Below are positions 6,634-16,119 of a DNA stretch of 37,906 nt, in pieces. The translations under genes were made by a program, and so were the position numbers. The notes beneath the pieces are model-generated. The model worked only from the letters and a program-made list of their open reading frames with translations, made no database searches and was not told the origin of the DNA. Source of the DNA: a virus; the IMG/VR virus record IMGVR_UViG_3300045988_117186, positions 1 to 37,906 of that record. The stretch is one strand, 5' to 3'. The first letter of the stretch is position 1, and every line of letters begins with the position of its first letter.

Positions 6634-6700
6634 ATTAATAAGAAATCTTAAGAAAAATGATATATAATTAAAGTATAATAATAGAAAAGGGGTAAGAGAT

Positions 6701-7342
6701 ATGAAAAAGGGATTAGCTATAAGTTTATTGGTTGCAATCAGTTTAGGCATTGGAGTATTAGGAACAAATATATATTATAATAATTTACTTAAAACTCAGA
6801 TTAAACAACTATCTACTACTAATAAAGAAGAAAAGCTTGAAGATACAGTAGAAGATAAAAAAGAAACTACAACTAATAAAGATAAAAATTCAGATAAAGA
6901 AAGCAAACAAGTAATAAAAAATACAGAAACAAAAGAAACTGCAAAAACAAATACTAATACATCTCAAACTACAACAGAAAATAAAGAAACAAATAAATCT
7001 GACAGCAAAAATAAAACACAACAATCAAATAACTCAAATGAAGTAAAAAATAATTATAATATACCTGAGTATGTAGTTTGCCCTGGATGTAATATGGAAT
7101 TTAAAAAGAGTGATTTATCTAAAAAATGGAATGGATATTGTTTACGTTGCTATACAAAATATTGTAAACAAGAAGAAGATAGACATTGTCAATATTGTGG
7201 TGTTAAATTAAATGCCAATAACCAATACGGAGAAATAGATATGTGTAATTATTGCCATTATTTATACTGTGAAAAACCATATGAAAATAATAACAGTGGT
7301 ATAGACCCGCAACCAACACCATCTAAAGAACCTGGACTATAA
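6701..7342 (+). CDS. Membrane-anchored protein: N-terminal TM, T/N/K/E-rich low-complexity region, C-terminal 4x CxxC module
   Basis: MKKGLAISLLVAISLGIGVLGTNIYY (TM or signal anchor). CPGC..CLRC..CQYC..CNYC. SD aaagggg. The gene lies between two terminators. Confidence 0.7.
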   Translation: MKKGLAISLLVAISLGIGVLGTNIYYNNLLKTQIKQLSTTNKEEKLEDTVEDKKETTTNKDKNSDKESKQVIKNTETKETAKTNTNTSQTTTENKETNKSDSKNKTQQSNNSNEVKNNYNIPEYVVCPGCNMEFKKSDLSKKWNGYCLRCYTKYCKQEEDRHCQYCGVKLNANNQYGEIDMCNYCHYLYCEKPYENNNSGIDPQPTPSKEPGL

Positions 7343-7479
7343 TAAATACAAGTAGAAAAAAGGATGAAAATTAGAGAATGAGGGCATAAAATGGCACACC
7401 GATATGTGTTACTATAATAGTATAGAAAAACAATTAAAAAAGGTTATTTTTCTTATACGTTAACATTTGTATTTATTTT

Positions 7480-7905
7480 AAGTAGAAAGCCTGGTAAACT
7501 TTCTACTGCCTTTACAACTAGTATTTTTTTAGTAGAAATTGATTTCTGATTTTATATTTTGTTCATTTTATTCTAGTAATCGCCCGCCAGGAGGTAAAAC
7601 TCCTGGCAACATGCAGACATTGGATATACTTTTAAGTATTATAAGTTCGATTCTTATAGTCTGCCCATTGGTCCCTTCTTATAGCATAAATATATGGGGC
7701 TTTAATAAAGCCCCAACAAAAGAACTCATCAAGCCTATGTTTATATGCTCAAATGGATGGGACAAAAGAAAAATTTAACCGTAACATAAAATGTATTTAA
7801 ATAGAGTATTAATTATGCACCAACACTTGCATAAATTAATTTATAGATTTTTCAAAATTTCATACAACCCCAATTACAGAGAGGACCCTTCGGGGTTCTT
7901 TTTAT
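7480..7905 (+). ncRNA. Candidate structured non-coding RNA (unclassified) in an ORF-free gap
   Basis: GC-rich hairpins in an AT-rich background: 7482-7506, 7586-7607, 7696-7714. tRNA-like acceptor/T-arm mimic at 7613-7667. The region ends with an intrinsic terminator at 7881-7905. Boundaries are uncertain. Confidence 0.3.
7881..7905 (+). terminator. Intrinsic terminator immediately upstream of the packaging/late operon
   Basis: GGACCC-ttcg-GGGTTC hairpin, extendable with G-U pairs, followed by tttttatt. Confidence 0.7.
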
Positions 7906-7930
7906 TATGTGAAAGAAAGAGTTGATCTAA

Positions 7931-8191
7931 ATGAGTAGAAAAGTATTTCAGAGAAAAGAGTATTCGATTTATAGAGCTGGTGATGGGTTTATTATACATA
8001 ACACTAATGGAGAATTTGTAAAACATCATACTCATATAAGAAGTTTTAAGAAAGCTAAGAGTATAGTGGATTTATGTATTAGAAAGAAGTTGCCAGATAA
8101 ACCGAATATATGGGAAATAGAAAGCTTAATGAGATTAACAAGAAATAATGCTTATTATAACCAGTTAAGGGATTTATTAAATAAATTATAA
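7931..8191 (+). CDS. Hypothetical protein (86 aa) preceding terS
   Basis: ORF with a weak SD. No recognisable motif. Confidence 0.55.
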   Translation: MSRKVFQRKEYSIYRAGDGFIIHNTNGEFVKHHTHIRSFKKAKSIVDLCIRKKLPDKPNIWEIESLMRLTRNNAYYNQLRDLLNKL

Positions 8192-8206
8192 GAAAGGAGT
8201 GGTATT

Positions 8207-8710
8207 ATGGCAAAGTTAACAGCTAAACAGAAAAAATTTGTAGAAGAATATTTAATAGACCTTAATGCCACTCAAGCGGCTATTAGAGCAGGATATAGTC
8301 CTGATACGGCAAAAGAAATTGGTTGTGAAAACTTAACCAAACCTAACATCAAAACCGAAATAGACAAAGCTATGGCCGAAAGAAGCCGAAGGACAGGTAT
8401 TAGTCAAGATAGGGTTTTAAGGGAGTTAGCAAAGATAGCTTTTGTTAATCCAGGAGATGTAATAAATTTAAATCAAGCTACTGTAAAATCAGATGCAAAA
8501 GAAGAAGATTTAGCTGCTATAGCTAGTGTAAAAATAAAAAACATACCAACAGAAGATGGAGAAATAACAGAAAGGGAAATAAAACTATGCGACAAATTGA
8601 AAGCATTGGATTTACTCGGCAAGCATTTAGGTATATATGACAAAAAAGATGCTGAGGATAAAAACCTAACAATAACAATCAACAAGGCAAGTGAAAAAAA
8701 TGGAAATTAG
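8207..8710 (+). CDS. terS: Terminase small subunit (Terminase_2/P27-type)
   Basis: The N-terminus [43 protein letters not shown] is the hallmark of this family. SD aaggag. Confidence 0.9.
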   Translation: MAKLTAKQKKFVEEYLIDLNATQAAIRAGYSPDTAKEIGCENLTKPNIKTEIDKAMAERSRRTGISQDRVLRELAKIAFVNPGDVINLNQATVKSDAKEEDLAAIASVKIKNIPTEDGEITEREIKLCDKLKALDLLGKHLGIYDKKDAEDKNLTITINKASEKNGN

Positions 8711-9974
8711 CATAACTTGTAACGACCATTTTGAGGACTTTGTTTTAGATTGGAATTATAAATTTTATTTTCTTGTTGGTGGATATGGTAGCTCTAAAAG
8801 TTATCATGTGGCCCAAAAGCTGCATCTAAAATTATTACAAGAAAAAAGATTAGCTTTAGTTGTAAGGGAAGTATATGACACTATAAGAGATAGTTGCTTT
8901 TCGCTTTTACAAGATGTAGCAGTGGATATGGGCATATATGATATGCTTAAATTTAAAACATCGCCTATGCAAGTAACTTATCCTAATGGGAGCAAGATAA
9001 TCTTTAAAGGTATGGATAAACCAGCTAAATTAAAATCTATTAATGGAGTATCTATTATATGGGTTGAAGAATGTTCCGAGGTTAAATATGAAGGATTTAA
9101 AGAACTTCTAGGTCGTTTAAGACACCCTACACTTAGCAATCATATTATATTAAGTGAAAATCCAATAGAAAAAGCTAACTGGACTTATAAACATTTTTTT
9201 ATCGATGAAGAAAATGATAAGAAAATACTTGATGATGAAAAACTTTATATTGAAAGAATTATCAAGACAAATAATACATACTATCATCATTCCATCTGTG
9301 ATGACAATTATTTTCTACCTCAGGACTATATAAAAGAACTTGATAACATGAAAGAGTATGATCCAGATTTATATAGAGTAGCTAGACAAGGTAGATTTGG
9401 CATAAATGGTACAAAAGTATTACCACAATTTGAGATGATGGACCACGATTTAGTTATGGCTAAAGTAGGTTCTATCCCTTCTAGATTTTATAGAGCTGGC
9501 ATGGACTTTGGATTTGAAACTTCATACAACGCACTTATAAGAATTGCTATAGATGATGTAAACAAAGATTTGTATATTTACTGGGAATATTATAAAAATC
9601 ATATGACAGATGATAAGACTGCTAAAGAAATAGATGAATTTAGAGTAAATAGAGAGGTAATAAGAGCAGATTCAGCCGAGCCTAAGACAATTAGATTTTA
9701 TCAGCAAGAAGGATTTAAAATGGTTCCAGCTAAAAAATATCAAGGCTCTAGACTGCAAAATACTAAAAAAGTAAAAAGATTTAAGCATATATATTGCTCG
9801 ACTAAATGCGTTAATGTAAAAAAAGAATTGAAGGATTTAACATATAAGCAAAATGAAAAAGGCGAGAATATATATGATGAATTTAACATAGATCCACATA
9901 CATTTAGTGCTATTTGGTATGCACTAGATGGCTATGAGGTTGCAGATTATAAAAGACATTATCATAGTAGATAG
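8691..9974 (+). CDS. terL: Terminase large subunit (PBSX/Terminase_3-like)
   Basis: Walker A-like VGGYGSSKS and Walker B-like IIWVEE. It overlaps the terS stop. The start is GTG 8691 or ATG 8700. Confidence 0.9.
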   Translation: MKKMEISITCNDHFEDFVLDWNYKFYFLVGGYGSSKSYHVAQKLHLKLLQEKRLALVVREVYDTIRDSCFSLLQDVAVDMGIYDMLKFKTSPMQVTYPNGSKIIFKGMDKPAKLKSINGVSIIWVEECSEVKYEGFKELLGRLRHPTLSNHIILSENPIEKANWTYKHFFIDEENDKKILDDEKLYIERIIKTNNTYYHHSICDDNYFLPQDYIKELDNMKEYDPDLYRVARQGRFGINGTKVLPQFEMMDHDLVMAKVGSIPSRFYRAGMDFGFETSYNALIRIAIDDVNKDLYIYWEYYKNHMTDDKTAKEIDEFRVNREVIRADSAEPKTIRFYQQEGFKMVPAKKYQGSRLQNTKKVKRFKHIYCSTKCVNVKKELKDLTYKQNEKGENIYDEFNIDPHTFSAIWYALDGYEVADYKRHYHSR

Positions 9975-9989
9975 AAAGGAGGTTACAAG

Positions 9990-11414
9990 ATGCTTAATAG
10001 TTATCAAGAGTTTGTTACTGCTGAACTTACTGGATTATATGGCTCGGCAGTATTACAAGAAATGAACGATATACTAAGACTGTATGACATATATGAAGGT
10101 CGAGAAAACTTTATAGACAAGTCAGAAGAAAAAGACTATACACAGACAGAAAAGAAAACAAATCTGATTAAGAAGCTTATAAAAGAAGAATCTAGATTTT
10201 TATTCGGCAAGACTCCAGAGCTATATGTTCAACCTAAAAATGATACAGATGCCGACAAAGATAAAGCTGAACAAATAAATCTTTATTTAGATAAGATATT
10301 AAAAGATAATCTGTTCTCAGAGAAACTTATAAAAGGCGCTAGAGATTGTTTTATAGGTAAAAGAACTGCTATTAAATTATATGCTAATCAAGATACGAAA
10401 GAGATTAGAATAATGTTTTTACCTAGTTTAGAGTTTATATATGAAAGCGACGAAGAAAATCCTAACGAACTTAAAAAGATAATATTCTTCTATCAAACTA
10501 ACAAAGAAATTGAAAAAGATAAGCAACGTATTTGGAAGCAAAAGTATGAAATGATAGAAGGAAGATGTATTCTTAATGAAGGGATATATAACGGTAATGG
10601 GGTATTAATAGAGCCTATAAATGTAGATGTAGATTTACAATTAAGTGGTATTCCTTGCTATGTAATTATCAATGATGGATTAAGTGGAGACCCGTTCGGA
10701 GAATCTGATGTAAAAGAGCTACTAGACAATCAAATCCAATACAACAGGCTATCGAGTGAAGATGTAGACACACTTAGAAAAGGTATGGATAGGATAATCT
10801 ATGGAGTAGATATAGACCCAGAGGCATCGGAAAACTTCAAGCTAAAGCCTGGAGCTTATTGGGATGTACCGACAGACCCTACAGCAGAAAATAAACAAGC
10901 TACACTAGGTACAATACCAACAGACTTTGGTTATGGAGATAAAATAGAAAAATCCCTAAAACGTATCAAGTCTGATATGTATGAAATGCTAAACATTCCA
11001 ATGTTAAGCAATGACGAGTTAAAAGGCATGATGACATCAGGCAAAACCATGAAAGCATTGTATTGGCAACTTATTACTAGATGTGAAGAAAAGATGATGG
11101 CATGGCGACCTGCTTTAGAGTGGTTAGTAAGAGCTATCTTAGAGATTACAGAAGTATATAACATAGAGAAATTGCCACAACTTGATTATACTGTTACAGT
11201 AGAAAATAACTATCCTTTACAGGAAGACGAGGACGAGGAAAAGACATTAGATTTGCAACAGGTAAATGCACAAGCAATGTCTAGAAAAACATTTATTAAG
11301 AAATGGCAAGGTGTTACAGACGATGTGGCCGATGCTGAAATAAAACAAATAGCATTAGAAAGAGAAATGCTAGAAGAAAGTTATGTATCTGGAATGAGTG
11401 ATCCAGTTGAATAA
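9990..11414 (+). CDS. Portal protein (SPP1 gp6-like)
   Basis: 474 aa, directly after terL. SD aaggagg. Acidic C-terminus typical of portals. Confidence 0.8.
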   Translation: MLNSYQEFVTAELTGLYGSAVLQEMNDILRLYDIYEGRENFIDKSEEKDYTQTEKKTNLIKKLIKEESRFLFGKTPELYVQPKNDTDADKDKAEQINLYLDKILKDNLFSEKLIKGARDCFIGKRTAIKLYANQDTKEIRIMFLPSLEFIYESDEENPNELKKIIFFYQTNKEIEKDKQRIWKQKYEMIEGRCILNEGIYNGNGVLIEPINVDVDLQLSGIPCYVIINDGLSGDPFGESDVKELLDNQIQYNRLSSEDVDTLRKGMDRIIYGVDIDPEASENFKLKPGAYWDVPTDPTAENKQATLGTIPTDFGYGDKIEKSLKRIKSDMYEMLNIPMLSNDELKGMMTSGKTMKALYWQLITRCEEKMMAWRPALEWLVRAILEITEVYNIEKLPQLDYTVTVENNYPLQEDEDEEKTLDLQQVNAQAMSRKTFIKKWQGVTDDVADAEIKQIALEREMLEESYVSGMSDPVE

Positions 11415-12297
11415 TTTTTTTAGACAAAAGAATAAAACTGAAAAAGAGATGACTAGAGAAATAAAAAAAGCATACAAAAGAGTAGCGAATAATCTAATTA
11501 AAAGATTGGCTCTAGTTAATCCAGATACGATGACATATGACTATTTAAGACAAACTGCTAAGTACTTAGAAAGAGAATATAAGAAACTAAATAAAAAGCT
11601 TAATAAAGATATTGAAAAGGCTATTACAAATACCGTAGAAGGCTATACACAAAGCCAAGCAGAGTTTTATAGTGATTTATATAAACCTCTTTCTAGTAGC
11701 TTTGAAGATATGTTTATAAAAGTAAACAAGCAAGTTTTAGACAATGTTATTACAGGTAAAATGTATGGAGACAATATAAAACTTTCTGAAAGGCTTTGGA
11801 GTAACCATAAGAAAACCGTAAAGACAATAAACGATATACTTACAGATGGATTTATTAGTGGGAAAGGTAGTAAAGAAATAGCAAAAGACTTAGAAGCTTA
11901 TGTTAATCCAGATTATAAAAAAGAATACGATAAATTTACTATTCATCCTAAGAGTAAAAATAAGATTGAATTTAATAGTTATAGACTAGCAAATACATAT
12001 ATAAATCATGCGTACCAAGAGGCAACAAGGCAAAGTGCTAAGCATAATCCATTTGTAGAAAAAGTTGAATGGCTAAGCGGAACAGACGATAATGTATGCG
12101 ATTTATGTAAAGAACGAAACGGAAAGAAATTCGATAAAAATAAAGTACCTTTAGACCATCCGTTAGGCAGATGTACACTATTACCAGTTATAGAAGATGA
12201 CTTAGAAGATATAGCTAGAGAGTTAAAAGACTGGGCTAATGGTGGTAAAAATGAAAAGCTTGATAAATGGTTTGAAGCATGGGAGGTTAAAAAATGA
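11398..12297 (+). CDS. Minor head protein (Mu F / SPP1 gp7-like head morphogenesis)
   Basis: NTYINHAYQEATRQ..VEWLSGTDDNVCDLCKERNGKKF..PLDHPLGRCTLLPV matches the Phage_Mu_F C-terminal pattern. The start is GTG 11398 or ATG 11449. Confidence 0.8.
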   Translation: MIQLNNFFRQKNKTEKEMTREIKKAYKRVANNLIKRLALVNPDTMTYDYLRQTAKYLEREYKKLNKKLNKDIEKAITNTVEGYTQSQAEFYSDLYKPLSSSFEDMFIKVNKQVLDNVITGKMYGDNIKLSERLWSNHKKTVKTINDILTDGFISGKGSKEIAKDLEAYVNPDYKKEYDKFTIHPKSKNKIEFNSYRLANTYINHAYQEATRQSAKHNPFVEKVEWLSGTDDNVCDLCKERNGKKFDKNKVPLDHPLGRCTLLPVIEDDLEDIARELKDWANGGKNEKLDKWFEAWEVKK

Positions 12298-12602
12298 AAA
12301 AAGTATTCATAAGTCAACCAATGAGAGGACTAACAGACGAAGAAATATTAGAAAAAAGAAGTGAAATAAAAAAAGATATAGAAACCAAAATAAACGAAGA
12401 AATAGAATTTATAGATTCGTTTTTACAAGATTATCCTGGAGAAATTAATAAACATATACCAGTTTGGTACTTAGGTAAATCAATACAATTATTATCCCAA
12501 GCAGATATGATATATCTCGGAGAAGGTTGGGATAAAGCAAGAGGATGTAAAATAGAATATGAAATAGCAAAAGCATACGGAATAAATATAATAGGTTGTT
12601 AG
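12294..12602 (+). CDS. DUF4406 / nucleoside 2-deoxyribosyltransferase-like protein
   Basis: MKKVFISQPMRG..ADMIYLGEGWDKARGCKIEYEIAKAYGINI fits the DUF4406 pattern (YISGPM..L.GWE.S.GA..E...A). Confidence 0.6.
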   Translation: MKKVFISQPMRGLTDEEILEKRSEIKKDIETKINEEIEFIDSFLQDYPGEINKHIPVWYLGKSIQLLSQADMIYLGEGWDKARGCKIEYEIAKAYGINIIGC

Positions 12603-12611
12603 GAGGACTTT

Positions 12612-12875
12612 ATGAGCGAACAACAATTTTTAGATTGGTGCAAAGAGGAAGTTGTAAAATATACTAATAATCACTTAGATAAATCAGATAACAAGCAAAT
12701 AACGAAAAATGATGTGTTTATGGTTTGGTGTGCTAAGGTTTTACAAAATAACAAGGCATTATTAAGTACAACTTTATTTGACGGAATGTATTATGAATGT
12801 ACATATAACGGAGATAAAAAAGAAATGTACTTTGATGCTTATAAGAAATGGGAAAATAAAAAGATTGTGAGATAA
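12612..12875 (+). CDS. Conserved phage hypothetical protein (87 aa)
   Basis: ORF with SD aggagga. The VWCAKVLQNNKALLSTTLFDGMYYECTYNGDKKEMYFDAYKKWENK segment looks like a conserved Firmicute-phage family that I cannot name with confidence. Confidence 0.6.
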   Translation: MSEQQFLDWCKEEVVKYTNNHLDKSDNKQITKNDVFMVWCAKVLQNNKALLSTTLFDGMYYECTYNGDKKEMYFDAYKKWENKKIVR

Positions 12876-12882
12876 TATTTTT

Positions 12883-12987
12883 ATGGATGATAAATCAATA
12901 AAAGAATTAATAAAAATATTAGAAAAAATAAGTAATAGACTATGGTGGATAGCACTTTGGTTAGCACTTACATATTTTGGCCTGTAA
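12883..12987 (+). CDS. Small single-TM peptide (34 aa), not in the ORF track
   Basis: Translation MDDKSIKELIKILEKISNRLWWIALWLALTYFGL*. No strong SD. Confidence 0.3.
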   Translation: MDDKSIKELIKILEKISNRLWWIALWLALTYFGL

Positions 12988-13090
12988 AGGCTTATTTTTA
13001 TGTCTTTTTTTAGTTTACAGACGTAAAAGAATAAACTAAAAACTATATTCAAGAAACGGACTTGTAAAAAGTGTAAATATAGGAGGAAAT

Positions 13091-13714
13091 ATGGAATTTA
13101 AAGAGATATTAAAAGCACAAAGCTTAACAGATGAACAAATAAATAACATTACTGCGAAGATGAAAGAAGAAAAAATATATACTACATCTTTAGAAAATGC
13201 AGACGAACGATATACGAAATTAAAAGGCCAAAAAGCTGATTTAGATGAGCAGATAAAAACAGCAAATGCAACTATAGAAGATTTGAAGAAAAATAATAAA
13301 GATAACGAAGCTTTACAAAAGACGATACAAGATCATGAAACGACTATAGAAAATCTGAAAAAAGAATCGGCTCAAAAGGATTTTAATTACGCATTAGATA
13401 GTGCATTAAAAGATAATAAATGTAAGAATGCTAAGGCTCTAAAAGCCTTGCTTGATTTAGATAATATTAAGTTTAATGAAGGTAAATTAGAAGGCTTAGA
13501 AGGACAATTAAATGCATTAAAAGAAAGTGATGGATATTTATTTGATACATCAAATCCAGCTCCAGGTAATACTGGTGGAACAGGTAATCATCCGAGAGTT
13601 GGTGGAGGCACTGGAGTAGTAACAAAGGCGGATTTAATGAAAATGCCTTATAGTAAACGAGTTGAATTTTACAACAACAATAAAGAAGAATTTAACAGAT
13701 TAATGAATGAATAG
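13091..13714 (+). CDS. Scaffolding protein (phage GP20-like)
   Basis: Coiled-coil-rich, with the typical N-terminus MEFKEILKAQSLTDEQINNI. It lies just before the capsid gene. SD taggagga. Confidence 0.8.
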   Translation: MEFKEILKAQSLTDEQINNITAKMKEEKIYTTSLENADERYTKLKGQKADLDEQIKTANATIEDLKKNNKDNEALQKTIQDHETTIENLKKESAQKDFNYALDSALKDNKCKNAKALKALLDLDNIKFNEGKLEGLEGQLNALKESDGYLFDTSNPAPGNTGGTGNHPRVGGGTGVVTKADLMKMPYSKRVEFYNNNKEEFNRLMNE

Positions 13715-13728
13715 GAGATGATTGATAT

Positions 13729-14718
13729 ATGGCAACAACAAAATTAGCGGATATTATAAACCCAGAGGTTATGGGACCAGTAATAGGTGCAAAAGTGGAA
13801 GCACTTTGTAAAATAACACCATATGCAAAAGTTGATACAACATTACAAGGTGTTCCAGGGGATACAAAAACAACACCAAGTTGGGAATACATAGGAGATG
13901 CAGAAGATGTAGCTGAAGGTGAAGAAGTCGGAACAGTAGGATTAAAAGCTGGGTCAACTACTTTTACAATCAAAAAAGCTATGAAAGCTGTATCTATAAC
14001 ACAAGAATCTATTAATAGTGGATTGGGTAATCCAGTAGCACAAGCTGAAACTCAATTAGCAAAATCTATAGCACAAAAAGTTGATAATGATGTATTAGAT
14101 GCTGCTTATAATGGAACTACTAGAGTAGCTGGAGATACATTAGCAGTAATATCTTACAGTGGTATAGTTGATGCAGTAACACAATTTGAAGATGAAGAAG
14201 ATGGAATAGAAAAGGTTATGTTTATACATCCAAAACAAGAAGCAACATTGCTAAAGGATCCTAACTTCTTATCAGCTGATAAATTCACTGCTGGAGTAGC
14301 AGTAAACGGAGCTATAGGTAAAATAGCTGGTTGCTGGGTTAAAAAATCTAAAAAAGTTATGTTAGTTCAAGCAGAAAAAAATACAAGCGGTACAGTTGAA
14401 ATATCAGCAGAAAACTTAGCAGAATATAAAAAGAAAACTTTAGATGGTTCTACTTTAAAAGTAGGCGATAAAGTTAATGCAGTAGCAGCAGCTAATCAAT
14501 ACTATTTAAACCTAATATTAAAAATGGAGCCAGATAGTCCTGAAACAGAATATACAGAAGATGAATTACCAGCAATAACAATCTTCCTTAAAAAAGATAC
14601 TTCTTTAGATCATGAATGGTTCCCTAAAAAACAAATACATGATTTAACAACTGCTAAATACTACGGAGTAGCTAAAACTAACGATGCTAAAATAGTACTT
14701 GCTAAATTTAAAAAATAG
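13729..14718 (+). CDS. Major capsid protein
   Basis: 329 aa, directly after the scaffold gene. The N-terminus MATTKLADIINPEV..AKVDTTLQGVPGDT is typical of capsid families in Firmicute siphoviruses. Confidence 0.8.
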   Translation: MATTKLADIINPEVMGPVIGAKVEALCKITPYAKVDTTLQGVPGDTKTTPSWEYIGDAEDVAEGEEVGTVGLKAGSTTFTIKKAMKAVSITQESINSGLGNPVAQAETQLAKSIAQKVDNDVLDAAYNGTTRVAGDTLAVISYSGIVDAVTQFEDEEDGIEKVMFIHPKQEATLLKDPNFLSADKFTAGVAVNGAIGKIAGCWVKKSKKVMLVQAEKNTSGTVEISAENLAEYKKKTLDGSTLKVGDKVNAVAAANQYYLNLILKMEPDSPETEYTEDELPAITIFLKKDTSLDHEWFPKKQIHDLTTAKYYGVAKTNDAKIVLAKFKK

Positions 14719-14728
14719 GTGATTCAAA

Positions 14729-14977
14729 ATGGATGATTTAGAAATGCTAAAGCTAATTTTAAGGGAGAACGATTCTCCCTTTTTTAGTGATGAACAATTA
14801 AGATTTTATGCAGAAAAAAATAATTTTGACATAAATAAAACGGCCTACGAATGTTTTCTAGCTAAAGCAGAAGATGACAGCATTGCATTACCAGGAGGAT
14901 TAAGCTTGCCTAACAATAAAGAATATTGGCTAAGACTTGCAAAAAAATACAGACCGAATGGAAGTAAGATATTATGA
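14729..14977 (+). CDS. Head-tail module hypothetical protein (82 aa)
   Basis: The call rests on position between the capsid and connector genes. Confidence 0.5.
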   Translation: MDDLEMLKLILRENDSPFFSDEQLRFYAEKNNFDINKTAYECFLAKAEDDSIALPGGLSLPNNKEYWLRLAKKYRPNGSKIL

Positions 14978-15351
14978 TAAATAAAGATAAAATTAAAGCT
15001 AAAGTTAAAAAAGCAATAAAAAAACTTCCTTCGCAAGCGGTAGTTAAGCGAGCTTATGAAAATGACTTTGGAGAAAAGTCGGATTTATTAGAATTAGTAT
15101 GCGAATTAGAAGGTCTATACCATGAAGGTAGCAATCTTTCTATAACTTTAGAAAATAAAGGAGAGGTAAAGTCAGATAAAGGCTTGTATTTCCTAATCGC
15201 CTACGATGAGACTGCAAAGCTTATACAAAAGGACGATTATATTTATATAGAGGGTTACAAGTACCAAATTAAAGACCTTGGCAATGTTAACAAAATGAAT
15301 ATTTACATGGACATGCGACTACAAGAGGTGAGTTACGGTGAGCAATTTTAG
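14974..15351 (+). CDS. Head closure / head-tail adaptor protein
   Basis: Size and position fit. The C-terminal pattern DDYIYIEGYKYQIKDLGNV resembles the head-tail joining family. Overlapping stop/start. Confidence 0.55.
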   Translation: MINKDKIKAKVKKAIKKLPSQAVVKRAYENDFGEKSDLLELVCELEGLYHEGSNLSITLENKGEVKSDKGLYFLIAYDETAKLIQKDDYIYIEGYKYQIKDLGNVNKMNIYMDMRLQEVSYGEQF

Positions 15352-15766
15352 ATTTGATGCTAGTGAATTGCTTGGCAATCTAGCACAACAACAAACTAGA
15401 TTTAAAGCAAGTATGGAATTGTATGCTACTAATAGTGCCACTAAATTACAAAACTATGCTAGACAAAATAAACCTTGGAAAGATGATACGCACGATGCGA
15501 GAAATAGACTTAATGCAACATGGGAATGGCGAGGTAGCAAAATAGTAATAGCCCTATCACATGGGGTTAACTACGGAATATATCTAGAAAAAGGTACACC
15601 AGCGCATGTAATAAAAGGTAATCCTTGGTTATATTGGCAAGGAGCTAGCCACCCTGTTAAGCAAGTAAATCATCCTGGAACTAGACCTTATCCTATTATT
15701 ATGCCAGCTATAGAACATGTAGGCCCACAAATTATGGCTGGATTAACTGTATTGCTAAGCAGGTGA
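15338..15766 (+). CDS. HK97 gp10-like tail-completion / head-tail joining protein
   Basis: GTG start with SD agaggtgag. The NYARQNKPWKDDTHDARNRL pattern and the gene position fit this family. Confidence 0.55.
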   Translation: MSNFRFDASELLGNLAQQQTRFKASMELYATNSATKLQNYARQNKPWKDDTHDARNRLNATWEWRGSKIVIALSHGVNYGIYLEKGTPAHVIKGNPWLYWQGASHPVKQVNHPGTRPYPIIMPAIEHVGPQIMAGLTVLLSR

Positions 15767-15771
15767 TCTAA

Positions 15772-16119
15772 ATGTTTAAAGATTTATATAAATTTCTTAA
15801 AACTGCTGGATTAACTGTATTTTCTTTAGGACAACAAGATAAGATTTGCACTAAGCCGTTTGTACTTTTTTACGATGCTGGAATAGAAGATACTACAAGT
15901 AAGAATTTAAAAAAAGAAAGCATTGAATTATGGGTATTCTATCCATTTAATGAGTATTCTAAGGTAAATGACTATATAAAACAAGTTGAAAATACAGTAA
16001 CTAAATTCGGCAAATTAAGAAAAGCTTATGAAAAATATGCAATAGAGATAGATAATGAAATGAAAGCATATTATACAAAATTAACGTATTTTAGATACGT
16101 TCAAAGGAGGTTGAGATAA
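15772..16119 (+). CDS. Tail-completion/tail terminator-like protein (hypothetical)
   Basis: The call rests on position immediately upstream of the major tail protein. Confidence 0.45.
   Translation: MFKDLYKFLKTAGLTVFSLGQQDKICTKPFVLFYDAGIEDTTSKNLKKESIELWVFYPFNEYSKVNDYIKQVENTVTKFGKLRKAYEKYAIEIDNEMKAYYTKLTYFRYVQRRLR

Noticed and set aside
7613-7667. Possible tRNA gene (canonical T-arm ATAAG-TTCGATT-CTTAT, acceptor pairing, CCA)
   Set aside because: Only about 52 nt lie between the acceptor strands. There is no D-arm and no 5-bp/7-nt anticodon arm in any register I tried. There is an A-A mismatch at the base of the acceptor stem. I keep it only as a tRNA-like mimic or fragment within a finding.
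7539-7778. 79-aa plus-strand ORF from the track inside the ORF-free gap
   Set aside because: It has a non-ATG start and no SD. It runs straight through the GC-rich hairpins and the tRNA-like element, and its composition is odd. An RNA or regulatory role for the region is more plausible.
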